From assembly GCA_965645245.1 (NCBI GenBank), contig OZ287073.1:1612001-1676000 (forward strand): a stretch of 64,000 bases of DNA, given 5' to 3'. This DNA is from Massalongia carnosa. Taxonomy: Eukaryota. The notes under the pieces are model-generated. The model did not search any database, had not been told where the DNA came from, and worked only from the letters and a program-made list of their open reading frames with translations. Position numbers and translations under genes: made by a program. Position 1 is the stretch's first letter; the number at the start of each line of letters is the position of its first letter. Positions 1 to 12,612 of the stretch are shown here, piece by piece.

Positions 1-1460
1 ACGAAAACCTCTAGCTGTTGAGCGAAAAAATGCGCATGATTTAGAGTTGCTAATGGCTCACTTTATAAAATACAAAGAGGTGATTGATGAGTATGGCATA
101 GATCCTCAAGATCAGTGGAATTTTGATGAAACCGGGTATCGCATTGGCATGGCACGTAATGATTGGATAGTCAGTGCATCAAAAGACCGAAGGATCTATA
201 ATAACGATCCATCAAACAGAGAATCACTGACCGGAGTGGAATGTATCAATGGGACTGGATGAGACATTCCCCCTATGCTGATTTTGACTGGTATCAGCAT
301 TCTCGCTCCCTTTTTCCTCAACGATCTTAGTGATGATGTTCTTATTACTACTGCTGAATCAGGTTATTCAAATGACTGGCTGGCCTTGCAATGGATTAAA
401 CACTTCGATAAACACTCTCGAAACATTCGAAAGGGGGCATGGAGACTGTTGATTATGGATGGACATGGATCTCATCATACTCGTGAGTTTTTAGAGTATT
501 GTGAAGTATTGTGACGCTCATAACATCATTCCATTTGGATTACCATCACATACCACTCACTTATTGCACCCGCTTGATGTATGTGTGTTTCAGCCTTTAA
601 AGCATTGGCATTCCGAGGCTGTCAATGAGGCCATTCAGAACGGTGATGAAACGTTCTCGAAAGTGGAATTTCTAGCTGCGTTCAACACCTTTCGGGCAAA
701 GGCCTTCAAATCAACAACGATTACATCTGCATGGAGAAAAACCGGCCTAATTCCATATAATCCAGAGGTGGTTCTTCAAAAGGTCAGAGAGAGTTTACCA
801 CCCCCCGCGAGACTACCCCACCCTCGTCGATTCAATCAATACAAGAGACCCCTAGAACTGTCAGACAATTGAGTACAGTAGCCGCAGACATTATGATGCA
901 TTCCCGTTGTTCGGATGAACTTACACAAATGATATCAAAATTTGTAAAGGGGGCTGTTTCGGAAGTCCGAAAAGGAGAACTTCTCGAACAATGATGGGAT
1001 CAACAAACAAAGGCCGAAAAAGTTCGAAAAGCACGCAAACGAGAGAGCAATAAGGTACTTCAGATTGGGGGCATACTTATTGCACGAAAAGCTCGATCAA
1101 TGATTCGTGATAGACAGAATCAGGAGGCTCAGAGGGAGAAGGATCGAATGATCGCATGGGAAAAGCGATATTCTTTGGCACTGGGCAAGGTGGCTAGACA
1201 AACCAAAGCTCATCGAAAGTTGAAGATGACCAAAGGTATGAATAGCAAAAGATGGGAGGAAGTACTGAAGGAATTGTTGAAAAAACCCCGATGTATGTAA
1301 TCGTCGGCTAGTCTCTCGCTTACCTCGTGCCGACTCGAGGCGTTCGCCTCTAGTCGGGGGAAAGCAAAGTTCGGCGGAAAGCAAAGTTCGTCTTTTCGCA
1401 ATTTTATTTCCATTTCATCAATACGACGCCTTTGACTACATCAACTATTTCATTATTGAT

Positions 1461-3629
<2,169 letters not shown>

Positions 3630-3978
3630 TATAACTATGCTTGATCTTTGTAGAAAAAATTCCCATCGTTGATTTTTTGCGTGTAAAAGTTGAAAAGACG
3701 AACTTTGCTTTCCGCCGAACTTTGCTTTCCCTGACTAGAGGCGAACGCCTCGAGTCGGCACGAGGTAAGCGAGAGACTAGCCGACGATTAGAGGAGTAGC
3801 ATTTTGGGTTGTATGGCTTAAGCGAGGCGACCCGAGCGATGTGGGTGGCACGGATAGTTATTTCATCCTAGGCTGAACTAGATCTTATATTGTTCTTTAG
3901 TAAGTAACATTCATGAAGTACATAGCCCACCTAGAACAGAGTGACAGGGGTTTAGCTTGATATCTGGAGTATTGACAG

Positions 3979-6582
3979 ATGCTCTCTTTCTGTTTTTGCA
4001 GCTCGTTGAAATCCATAAGATTTGCCAGGCCAACAAATCAACTCTTTCATAAGCCCACTTTCTTGTACATTAATGACAAGCACACTAGAATCCGTCTTAT
4101 CTCTACTAACAGCATCAAAATGGCCGAGGAAACAAGTGCTCCTTACCTAGCTCAGAACGTACAGGAGGTTGCAAATCTGATCAAAGCTCTTGAAGCAAAT
4201 ACCAGAAAAGATCGGGGAAGCGGAAAAACTCAGATTGGTTGCAAGAGAACCACCTTTCCGATCGAAGGTACAGATAGTAACTCGGTCGATTCCTGGCGGT
4301 TTCAGGAATGGGATTATAAAAGGCGCGATCTACCAACATACGCTCGAGGGCTGTTCACCTATCGGAGGAAGGATGGAACGCCAGAGATTGCCATCAGAGG
4401 ATATGATAAGTTCTTCAATGTTGGAGAGGTAAACGAAACCCAATGGGAAACGCTTGACCTTAAAACGAAAGGTCCCTATGAGCTAAGCGTGAAAGAAAAC
4501 GGATGCATCATCTTCATCTCGGGTCTTGAAGGTGACAAGTTACTAGTGTGTAGTAAGCATTCGACCGGAGCTAGACAAGACGCCGACTTAAGCCATGCCG
4601 TCGCCGGAGAGAAGCATGTGGATAGACATTTGGCAAAAATAGGCAGGACAAGGGCTGATCTGGCGAGAGAGCTAAGGAAGCGTAATGCTACTGCTGTTGC
4701 TGAGCTGTGTGATGACTCCTTTGAAGAACATGTTCTTGCTTACGACCAGAAAGCTGCAGGTCTATATCTACATGGCATTAATCTTAACCTTCCGGAATTC
4801 GCAACCTATCCCGGCAAGCTAGTCCATGCATTCGCCGATGAGTGGGGGTTTAAGAAGGCGGAATATGTAATCAAAGATGATATTGAGGTTGTCAAGACCT
4901 TCCTGGGGCACTGTGCCGAGACTGGGTCTTGGAACGGCAGAGATACTGAAGGATTTGTTGTACGCTGTCAAAAAAAGATACATGGTACCGATATTTATGT
5001 GGACTGGTTCTTCAAGTATAAGTTCGAAGAGCCTTATCTAATGTACAGACAATGGCGTGAGGTTACTAAAGCTGTTATCAATGGGAAGCCGCCTCGATTC
5101 AAGAAACACAAACAGATAACTGAGGAGTATCTGGAGTACGCTCGCCGTCAGCTTGCCAAGGATCCCAAACTGGGGAAGTCTTTCAATGCAAATCACGGTA
5201 TCATTGCAATGCGGGATGGATTTCTCAGGGAACGGGGTTTACAGGGCTCAGACATCATTCGTCAAGAGCAAGCCGGGAATGATGTTATGCTAGATAATGT
5301 CACAAACAATGTGGTTCTGGTACCAGTTGCTAGCATTGGATGTGGAAAGACGACTATAGCCGTTGCCCTTACAAAGCTTTTTGGCTGGGGCCATATTCAA
5401 AATGATAACATTACTGGAAAGGGAGCTAGGCCAAAACAATTCGCTACTCAAGTCTCCCTTTCACTAGCCGCGCACCCTGTCACAATTGCAGATAGGAATA
5501 ATCATCAGAGACGCGAGCGAAGGCAAATCATAGATGACTTAGAAAGCATAAATCCTGCTATTCGATTTGTTGCCCTTCATTACGTGCACGATCCAAAATC
5601 TGAAATACTCCCTTCGATCCGCAAGGTTACGCAGGAGAGGGTACTGGCAAGAGGTGATAACCATCAGACTATTCAAGCTGGAACCAAATCATCACAAGAG
5701 ATTATTAGCATTATGGACGGTTTCCTCTCCCGTTTCGAGCCCGTTAATCCTAACGAAGAACCTGACAATGGTTTTGATAGAATTATTGACCTTGATGTTA
5801 CAGCTTCTTCTCGTGAGAACCTCGGAACTGTTGTCAACTACCTCCAGTCAAATTACCCAGGGCTTTTCAAGCATACGCCTAATTCAGAGGAGTTGGATAG
5901 AGCTATAGAAGGAGCTTTAAGAGACTACCAACCGGACATTAAGCATGATCTAAGCTTCAGGAGTAACAAATCAAAATCGCAGAACTGGAACGACTCTGGG
6001 CGTCAAAACGCATCAGGTCGAGCACCTTCTACAAGCCAATCATCGCAACTTGAGTACTTTTGCATTCGTCTCCCTTCTGGCGAGATACATGCTTCCCTCG
6101 AATCCGTGTTTTCTCCTCTTACAACCGAAACGTCTAAGTTCTATTACCAGCTAAAAAAGTCGCGTCGCATTAAATCCTCTTTCCACGTGACGCTTGTGCA
6201 CCGCCTTTCTTTGGAGCGAAATCCAGAACTCTGGGACCGCCTTACTTCCCTTCACAGTGCTGCCCTTGCTTCGTCCTCAACGCCCAATTCCGACCACTCT
6301 TCTGATCACATCCTGGGTAAATGCCGGGTGCAGCTAGAGCGTGTCGTTTGGGATCGAAGAGTCATGTGCATCGTTGCAAGACTGCTAGATGAAGGATGGG
6401 AGACTTCTAATACAGTGGCTCATGTGACTATAGGTACTGCGTCACCACACATCAAGCCTATAGAGAGTAATAGCCTTCTGGAACGGTGGATGGAGCTGGG
6501 GAGTGGAGGTACTACGGGATTACAGGAGGCTGAGATTAAGGGCAATACTATTGTCCATGGAGACGTAAAAGCAATGATGTAG
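3979..6582 (+). CDS. TRL1: Fungal tRNA ligase (ligase, kinase and cyclic phosphodiesterase domains); alternative start at 4120
   Basis: RGYDKFFN, ligase motif I KENG, P-loop GCGKTT, DRNNH, and two HxT motifs (FHVTL, AHVTI). Confidence 0.95.
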   Translation: MLSFCFCSSLKSIRFARPTNQLFHKPTFLYINDKHTRIRLISTNSIKMAEETSAPYLAQNVQEVANLIKALEANTRKDRGSGKTQIGCKRTTFPIEGTDSNSVDSWRFQEWDYKRRDLPTYARGLFTYRRKDGTPEIAIRGYDKFFNVGEVNETQWETLDLKTKGPYELSVKENGCIIFISGLEGDKLLVCSKHSTGARQDADLSHAVAGEKHVDRHLAKIGRTRADLARELRKRNATAVAELCDDSFEEHVLAYDQKAAGLYLHGINLNLPEFATYPGKLVHAFADEWGFKKAEYVIKDDIEVVKTFLGHCAETGSWNGRDTEGFVVRCQKKIHGTDIYVDWFFKYKFEEPYLMYRQWREVTKAVINGKPPRFKKHKQITEEYLEYARRQLAKDPKLGKSFNANHGIIAMRDGFLRERGLQGSDIIRQEQAGNDVMLDNVTNNVVLVPVASIGCGKTTIAVALTKLFGWGHIQNDNITGKGARPKQFATQVSLSLAAHPVTIADRNNHQRRERRQIIDDLESINPAIRFVALHYVHDPKSEILPSIRKVTQERVLARGDNHQTIQAGTKSSQEIISIMDGFLSRFEPVNPNEEPDNGFDRIIDLDVTASSRENLGTVVNYLQSNYPGLFKHTPNSEELDRAIEGALRDYQPDIKHDLSFRSNKSKSQNWNDSGRQNASGRAPSTSQSSQLEYFCIRLPSGEIHASLESVFSPLTTETSKFYYQLKKSRRIKSSFHVTLVHRLSLERNPELWDRLTSLHSAALASSSTPNSDHSSDHILGKCRVQLERVVWDRRVMCIVARLLDEGWETSNTVAHVTIGTASPHIKPIESNSLLERWMELGSGGTTGLQEAEIKGNTIVHGDVKAMM

Positions 6583-6904
6583 GTAAAAGCTCTTACTTGG
6601 GAGAGTCGGTTTGTACTTTAATGTATTGATAGAGCTTGCATGAATGGTGGCTTATTGTTTGAGACCCTTTCCCCTAATCTACCATTTGCGCCAAATCAAA
6701 TACAGTTAGCACATTAGCTAGCGCTGATCATTGTCAGCCCTATTTGTAGCCTGTTAAGTTCGCACAACAAAATTTTCTTCTACTTATTTCATATATGCAT
6801 CAACTACTCGTAGCAACTTGCAGCAACTCAACTCAATGCCTATCCATATAATTCAGTAAGAACTTTTTGTAAGCCAGCCTATGGATATCTTATTCCCATA
6901 TGTT

Positions 6905-6991
6905 ACAAATGATGAGCTTTCACGAACAATCCAAATCCTATAGCATCATGCAGGAGCATTATTTCTCTCTCTAGAATTACTCTGATATTTG
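6905..6991 (+). ncRNA. Box C/D snoRNA; predicted guides for SSU A (human Am159 equivalent) and LSU G (human Gm4494 equivalent)
   Basis: Box C ATGATGA 6909-6915, box D CTGA 6982-6985, terminal stem CAAA/TTTG. D guide CTCTAGAATTAC (6969-6980) is antisense to SSU GUAAUUCUAGAG. GAACAATCCAA (6924-6934) is antisense to LSU UUGGAUUGUUC, with degenerate D' CCTA. Confidence 0.85.
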
Positions 6992-7144
6992 CCCTCAACG
7001 AGGACTTTGTCATATACTTTGGTTTAAGCTAAGCTAATCAGCTATTATAGCTTCATGGTGCTTCGAGATCCATGTTTTCTTCAAAATGGACAAAAACAAA
7101 AAAAGGTATAACAAAGCTCGCTCCTTGTCTACCATGAATATTTA

Positions 7145-7238
7145 TTACATGATGACTACACGACGTGGAAAGGCATTCCTCATTCCGAATATACGATGTC
7201 GATTTCGTTTCTACAAAGTTTCAGCCTTGTCTGAGTTC
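7145..7238 (+). ncRNA. snR41: Box C/D snoRNA, snR41-like (SSU Gm1126)
   Basis: Box C ATGATGA 7149-7155, D' CCGA 7185-7188, D CTGA 7231-7234. The 14-nt guide AAGTTTCAGCCTTG is antisense to SSU CAAGGCUGAAACUU, and the +5 rule gives G1126 (yeast numbering). Confidence 0.88.
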
Positions 7239-7359
7239 CCAATGAATTCTACTCTTCGCCACAGGTTTCTCTGGACGATGCTCTCAGCTAACGCATCACG
7301 TGTACATAGGTACCAGGCACCCTATGAGACATTTGATAGTACCAATACCTACATCCTAT

Positions 7360-7494
7360 ATTCATGAAGAACCTTGAACGAACGGGCGGACAGACTGCGT
7401 ACTCTTCTCTTGGCACCACCCAATGCTCAGGCGTACAAACCTAGCAGGTGTCAAGTTGTAATATGTACTTGTTGAGAAATCGTCAGCTGATCAT
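7360..7494 (+). ncRNA. snR70: Box C/D snoRNA, snR70-like (SSU Cm1639)
   Basis: Box C ATGAAGA 7364-7370. Guide ACGGGCGG 7382-7389 plus D' CAGA is antisense to CCGCCCGU, giving C1639 by the +5 rule. An extra element GTACAAA (~7433-7439) is antisense to the adjacent UUUGUAC. D CTGA 7487-7490. Confidence 0.82.
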
Positions 7495-7632
7495 CAATGC
7501 TTTGCTTGCAGCCTGGCTTTTCATTGAATTTATCTGCCATAGAAAGTAATCTCTAACTTTGGGATTGTTCATTAGGTAACCCCCATAGATTCTTTCTTGC
7601 GAAAAAACAAACTTTCAAGCAAAGCATCACCT

Positions 7633-7732
7633 TGAAATGATGAACACTATTCACACTGTTTGAACCGGACACCGCCTTGTAAAGAGGGCAAAGTCGGGTG
7701 ATGAACGCACAAACACTGAAAATTCTGATTTA
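7633..7732 (+). ncRNA. snR51: Box C/D snoRNA, snR51-like (LSU Um2729, plus predicted Um2724)
   Basis: C ATGATGA 7637-7643, guide TATTCACACTG 7648-7658 with D' TTGA, C' GTGATGA 7698-7704, guide ACACTGAAAAT 7713-7723 with D CTGA 7725-7728. Both guides are antisense to LSU AUUUUCAGUGUGAAUA. Confidence 0.88.
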
Positions 7733-8647
7733 ATGAGGTATATCCCCCTACAACCTACTTTCCCTCTATATCTTACTAACATAAGGGTGCCAAGCCTGAT
7801 TACCAGATGAGCTTCTTTATACCGTCATAGTCAGAAGACAGCGCAACGGGTTGAAGCCTCGCTGACCAGCTGGTGGTGCGATCTTAGGGGCATTAGCAGT
7901 GGCGGTAGCTTCCCTGATAAACCCTAGGTGAGCTACCTCTACCGTGGCCTTCTCCCACGCTCCTCCGCGCTTTACCTGATGAATCCAAATATTTCGCTGT
8001 GTTCTTTCCGAGATCGATCGCTGAAGAAACTTATATTTCACCTTGGAGAACTGATTTACCTTATATGACCACTCTCTCCATCTACTGAATTACGAGTGAA
8101 ACATTCGACTGACCTTCCTTCATTCAGGTATGAGCTCCATGTGCTCTTTCCGTTCGAAGAAGAACGACTCTGTGCAGGCAGTGAAGGCTTTTTGCTCGAA
8201 ATCGGGGTAGTCCGGGGGGTAGAGTGGTGAGAAAGAACGATACTATTATTAATGTTACAATGCACCTTTACCATGAAAAGTTTGCCTAAGCAGGTGAACC
8301 GTAGGCTCATATACCTAGTTAAGCAAGCTCCCTTTTGCAGGCGTGGCAGGCTCTCTAACCCAAGTGCTAATCGCCATGCTGCCATCACGATGAGGAAATC
8401 CATCTAAATGAAATAATGGTCTCATAAATTTCCTATATCTGTAATGTAGTACCTAGTCCAGTATCTTGGTAAACAAGTTGAAAAGGATAGTGATGGCAGA
8501 TACCAGTCAACCGTGGAAAGTGAGAAGTCACGAAGCGCCTATGCATACTGTGCGCTGAATTAGCCAACGCAGCCCCAATACCTGAGTTCAAGACACGCGC
8601 ATCAAGAGTCTTAAACTTCAACCACCATCTCTTTCAGCCGTCAAGAA

Positions 8648-9491
8648 ATGGCCTCTTCCTATCTTCCTAACCCACATTACACCTCACCCTCCTATGACCC
8701 CTCCACCCCGCCCCCTCCCCCCCCAAAACCGCCCCGCTCCACAGCTACGGCTACGACCGCACCGACAACAACAACAACAACAACAACAGCAACTACAACA
8801 ACTACAACAACTCCCCATAACCAACCTCCCTTTTCCCCTCCACCTCCAACGCCCTCATCGTCATACCTCCAAATCGCCAACGAACTCCCCTCAACCGCCC
8901 CCCCTCCTCCCCCTCCCCCCTCCGCACACTGGCTTCCAGAAATTCTCCATGACAAACCGTGAGCTGCCCCCTCCCCTCAAGAACCAAAACCTCATAGCTT
9001 AACTGATCAACCTCAGAACCTCAACCCTCACCCCCATCCTCTCCTCCCCCTCTCTCCTCTCAGCCCTCTCCCAGACCCACCCCTCCCTAACCCCCTCTCC
9101 CCTCCTCCCCTACCTCACCACAACTATCCACCTAGGGCACCACGTCCAAACCCAACACGCTTACCTCCTTGCACTCCGCCACGCTACCCAGCAGCATCTT
9201 CTCCGCCTCCACGGCCTTGAGCGCGCCTGGCGTGAGCGCCAGAAATGCATGGACGCCGTGCTAGAGCCGTGGAGCGCCAAGGCGCTTTACCGCCGCCTTG
9301 TGGTCGCGGAGAGGGAGGCTGAAGAGCTGAGCAAGGGGCTGGAGGAGAGTTTCTTGGGTGGGGACGGTAGGGCCGGGGAGAGAGAGGTGGGGGATTTTGT
9401 GAGGAGGTTTAGGGAGGCGAGAACAGTGGTGGGGAGGAGGGGGGAGGAGAGGGCTCGGTGGGATGAGGGGAGGGTAGGGGGGTGGCGATAG
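8648..9491 (+). CDS. VPS37: ESCRT-I subunit Vps37-like (Mod_r domain), intron 8959-9016
   Basis: Pro/Thr-rich N-terminus. A GTGAGC...CTGAT...CAG intron restores the frame into the C-terminus LEPWSAKALY...EESFL...FVRRFREAR...WDEGRVGGWR. Confidence 0.8.
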
Positions 9492-12400
9492 CGAGGTTTA
9501 GGTCTGAGGGTTCGATGAACGGGGTTGAAGAGTACATCTTTACGGAAGCCCTTTGAATTGTCTACAAGCATATCGCGACCATTTCCCTAAGGAGAATCTT
9601 CGTGGTCAAACCACACGTCACGTCTCACAACCCACAACCTAGAGTATCCAACGTATGACTCTGACCAACCGAACGAGAAAGTTGTGTTGTTTTGAAATCC
9701 TTCCCCACATGCAGATCTGTCTATGTAGGGACGAAGTAGAGCTATAAAGCGCTCGAACCATTTTCCATTTCGGGACTAGTTAAGCTAACTAGAGGGGGAC
9801 GGGGAAAAGGAATGGCCAACTTTGAGGCAAAGCTTGAGCGAACTATGTGTGCCACAAAGCATCCTCTTACGCTCGGTTTTGTTGGGAAGAGAGGAGATTA
9901 GAGAGAAGAGGACATTGACGACGCGCTCTGATGGTGGCAAGCTGAGTAGGTACTCCGAAAGAACCAAATTACCATTCCACCATTGGACCAGCGCCCATAA
10001 GAGTCGAACCTATTCAGTGATAGAGTTGAACTAAATGCTCACGCCTCGTATAATGCAGTTTGTACAGAGCACCGAGTACTGTGTACTTGGTCGGGTGGTC
10101 GGCCGAATTTCCACGCTGCCCGGTATGCCTCGAGAACCTTGCAAAGCATTGATAGGCTAGCGTTGCTATTATTGAAACAATCAATATGGGAAGACTCTCC
10201 ATCAAGGCGTTTACATAGGTGACTAACGTTGTATCGAGAACGATTTGTAGTCTACGGAGTATAGCTTTAGTAACCGGAAGCGGACTTATCACTTTGCAAG
10301 ACGACATGAGTGGTAAAGGAGGCAAGGCATGCGATGGAAGCACGCAAGCACGTCCTGTTCCTGTGCACAAGGATTCCACATGGCTTCCCTGGTCCCGTTT
10401 CCCATTTGATACACGGGCCAAAAGGAACTTGCTAATGCAGGTGTCATCTAGCTCCCGATTCCCAGGAAGTTTGATCGCCCTCGCTCCAAATTGACCCCTT
10501 CATCCGAAAAAGCGCGCAAATAACTAAGCCATTTCCTTTTCACTTTAACCAGACGGACGGGCGCAAAGAACATGAAGCGAAAAGGTAAAATATGAGTGCT
10601 TCCGAAGATCTTCTCGTTTTGGACTTTGCAAAACTTTGGATACTCACAGAGAATAGGCAACATCGTGAGTCAGAGAACGCAAAACTCTAAAGTCTGTTGA
10701 CTTGACTAGCGATTTCTTAACGGATCAAGCAAGGAATAGATTCTCGTCCACGAGGTTCTGCAAAACCGTCGAAACCAAAAAGCGACATAATTCCCCGATC
10801 AAGATACGATAAGAAGAAAATCGCAATTGATGCGCAATCAATGCGCAGCTCATTACGGCGCATTGCATTTCTTCAGAAATGCAATGCCGAACATGACCTT
10901 ATCATCCCCAAATGGCAAAATCTCAATGCATGGAAAAAGCAAACGGCATCGTACGCACGTGTGGCCGATTATTGACATGATTGCATTCATGGTCCCATTC
11001 CAGGTTCAATGGATGGCGCGTCGAATGAGTCTATTATTGTATCAATAGCATGATACAGAATGAGGAACGCCTTACCCGCTCGCGAAGATTGCGGGCCAAA
11101 TGACTGGAGGCTGATGCTGCTGGTGGTCCTTCGCTGAACGAGTGAGGAACGTCACTTTGATATGCCTTACCTTTTCGGTAGCCTTCTTGTGAACCCTCAA
11201 CAGCTACTCTGTACATGGTGCAGGAGTTAGCTGTTTGGTCCAAGGCTGATTTCGCGAGGAACATTAACTACTTTATTAGCATAGATTCAAAATAGGCATT
11301 GCGCTGTCCAAGTCCCGAGTGGTTGTCTGACATGCGGTTGGGGGTTGAACATGAGGGAGTGTGGTCACAACAAGCCTAACCAGATGACGAAGATGGTGAA
11401 CCTATTCTCTCCCTAGGCTAGAGTTGTATGGATGGTGTCGGATAGCCATAGAGCCAAGATCTGTATTTACGCAAGAGAACGGGCGATGCTTGGTCTTTGC
11501 CTCTTGTCTTTTCGCTGCATGACAGATTTGGGATTTAGGGCTGTTCTCTCAACCTCATAATCCCCGTGATCGTCGTGATCTCCAATGCCTTTGGCGTAAA
11601 TCCTGCCGCTCCGTTGCTGCACGGTGTAAACGTGCTGCAACGACCACGAATGAGAGTTAGGGGGAAAAGGGTCTATTTAGTTCCATTCAAGGGGGGAAGG
11701 GAGTCGCGGTGCCGGCCAATCAGTTCGTCCTTCTCGCTCAACTCATCACACCACCTTATGCACCTTCTCCCATCCACACACCCTCCCAGTGTCCATCTTT
11801 AGAATCTCTCTTCAACATTAAGATCACTTGCAGAAGAGATAAACGTTGGAGGGAACAGAATCTTGTATCGTTCTCCCCCCAATTCCGGCCCGCCACCCAT
11901 CTTCCCAAACCCTTCTGCAGCAGATTCCGCAAGAATATTAACAACAGTGAGAAGGGGCCAGCAGCGAGTGGTACAAGAAGTAACAACAACAACACAATAA
12001 CAGTCATCTCGTTTGGCATTTACGCTTGCTACGTGACCACCGTGCCAATTTACTTTATTAATAACATTATGTTGTTTTCTCTCATCATTAACTAAAGCTC
12101 GAGCATACGCCGTAGGTTCTCTAGTTCACCCGGACCTGCTTGGGTGTCCTGGGGGCTTGATCTACATGTAGCGAGAAAAAGAAACGAGAGGTCTCGGCTG
12201 CGCATCAACTCTCCATCGAGGGGTGTTTCATCCTCAGACAGGGACGCTGCAAAAAACCTCACTTTGCCTTCTGCTCCATATCACCCATCCATCACTTCCA
12301 CCATCTGTCTTCTCATCGGGGGTATTGCTTATCTTGCACCTCTCCGAATTAGTCGATCAGACTAGGTCTGGTTCTGGATTTGGATCAATAAACATTGGTA

Positions 12401-12612
12401 ACCGTTTGGGTTGTAAAAGCAAAACATACGTCGGTCAAGTAAAGGAAAGGGAAGGGAAACGATTGTATACTTGGTGGCCTGACTCAGAAAACGACCACGT
12501 CGTTTGATTATAGATCCAATGCGATCGGCGTCTGCTCTATGAGTCGCAATTTGGCACGTCACTTGGTGCTGACTTCGACGGACGCATTGCTTGCTCGCTG
12601 CCTTTGCACACC

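Larger units (their letters stand above)
6856..7785 (+). ncRNA. Non-coding snoRNA host transcript with four tandem introns (true transcript ends unknown)
   Basis: Donor/branch/acceptor sets: GTAAGA 6856 or GTAAGC 6869, GCTAAT 7033, TAG 7050; GTATAA 7106, GCTAAC 7287, TAG 7309; GTACCA 7310, CTAAC 7553, TAG 7575; GTAACC 7576, TACTAAC 7774, AAG 7785. Each intron holds one C/D snoRNA. Confidence 0.8.

Noticed and set aside
7086..7367. 93-aa ORF MDKNKKR...
   Set aside because: It runs through predicted introns and snoRNAs and has no recognisable motif.
7817..8403. Two minus-strand ORFs (74 and 115 aa)
   Set aside because: No recognisable family, and only an implausibly short intron could join them.
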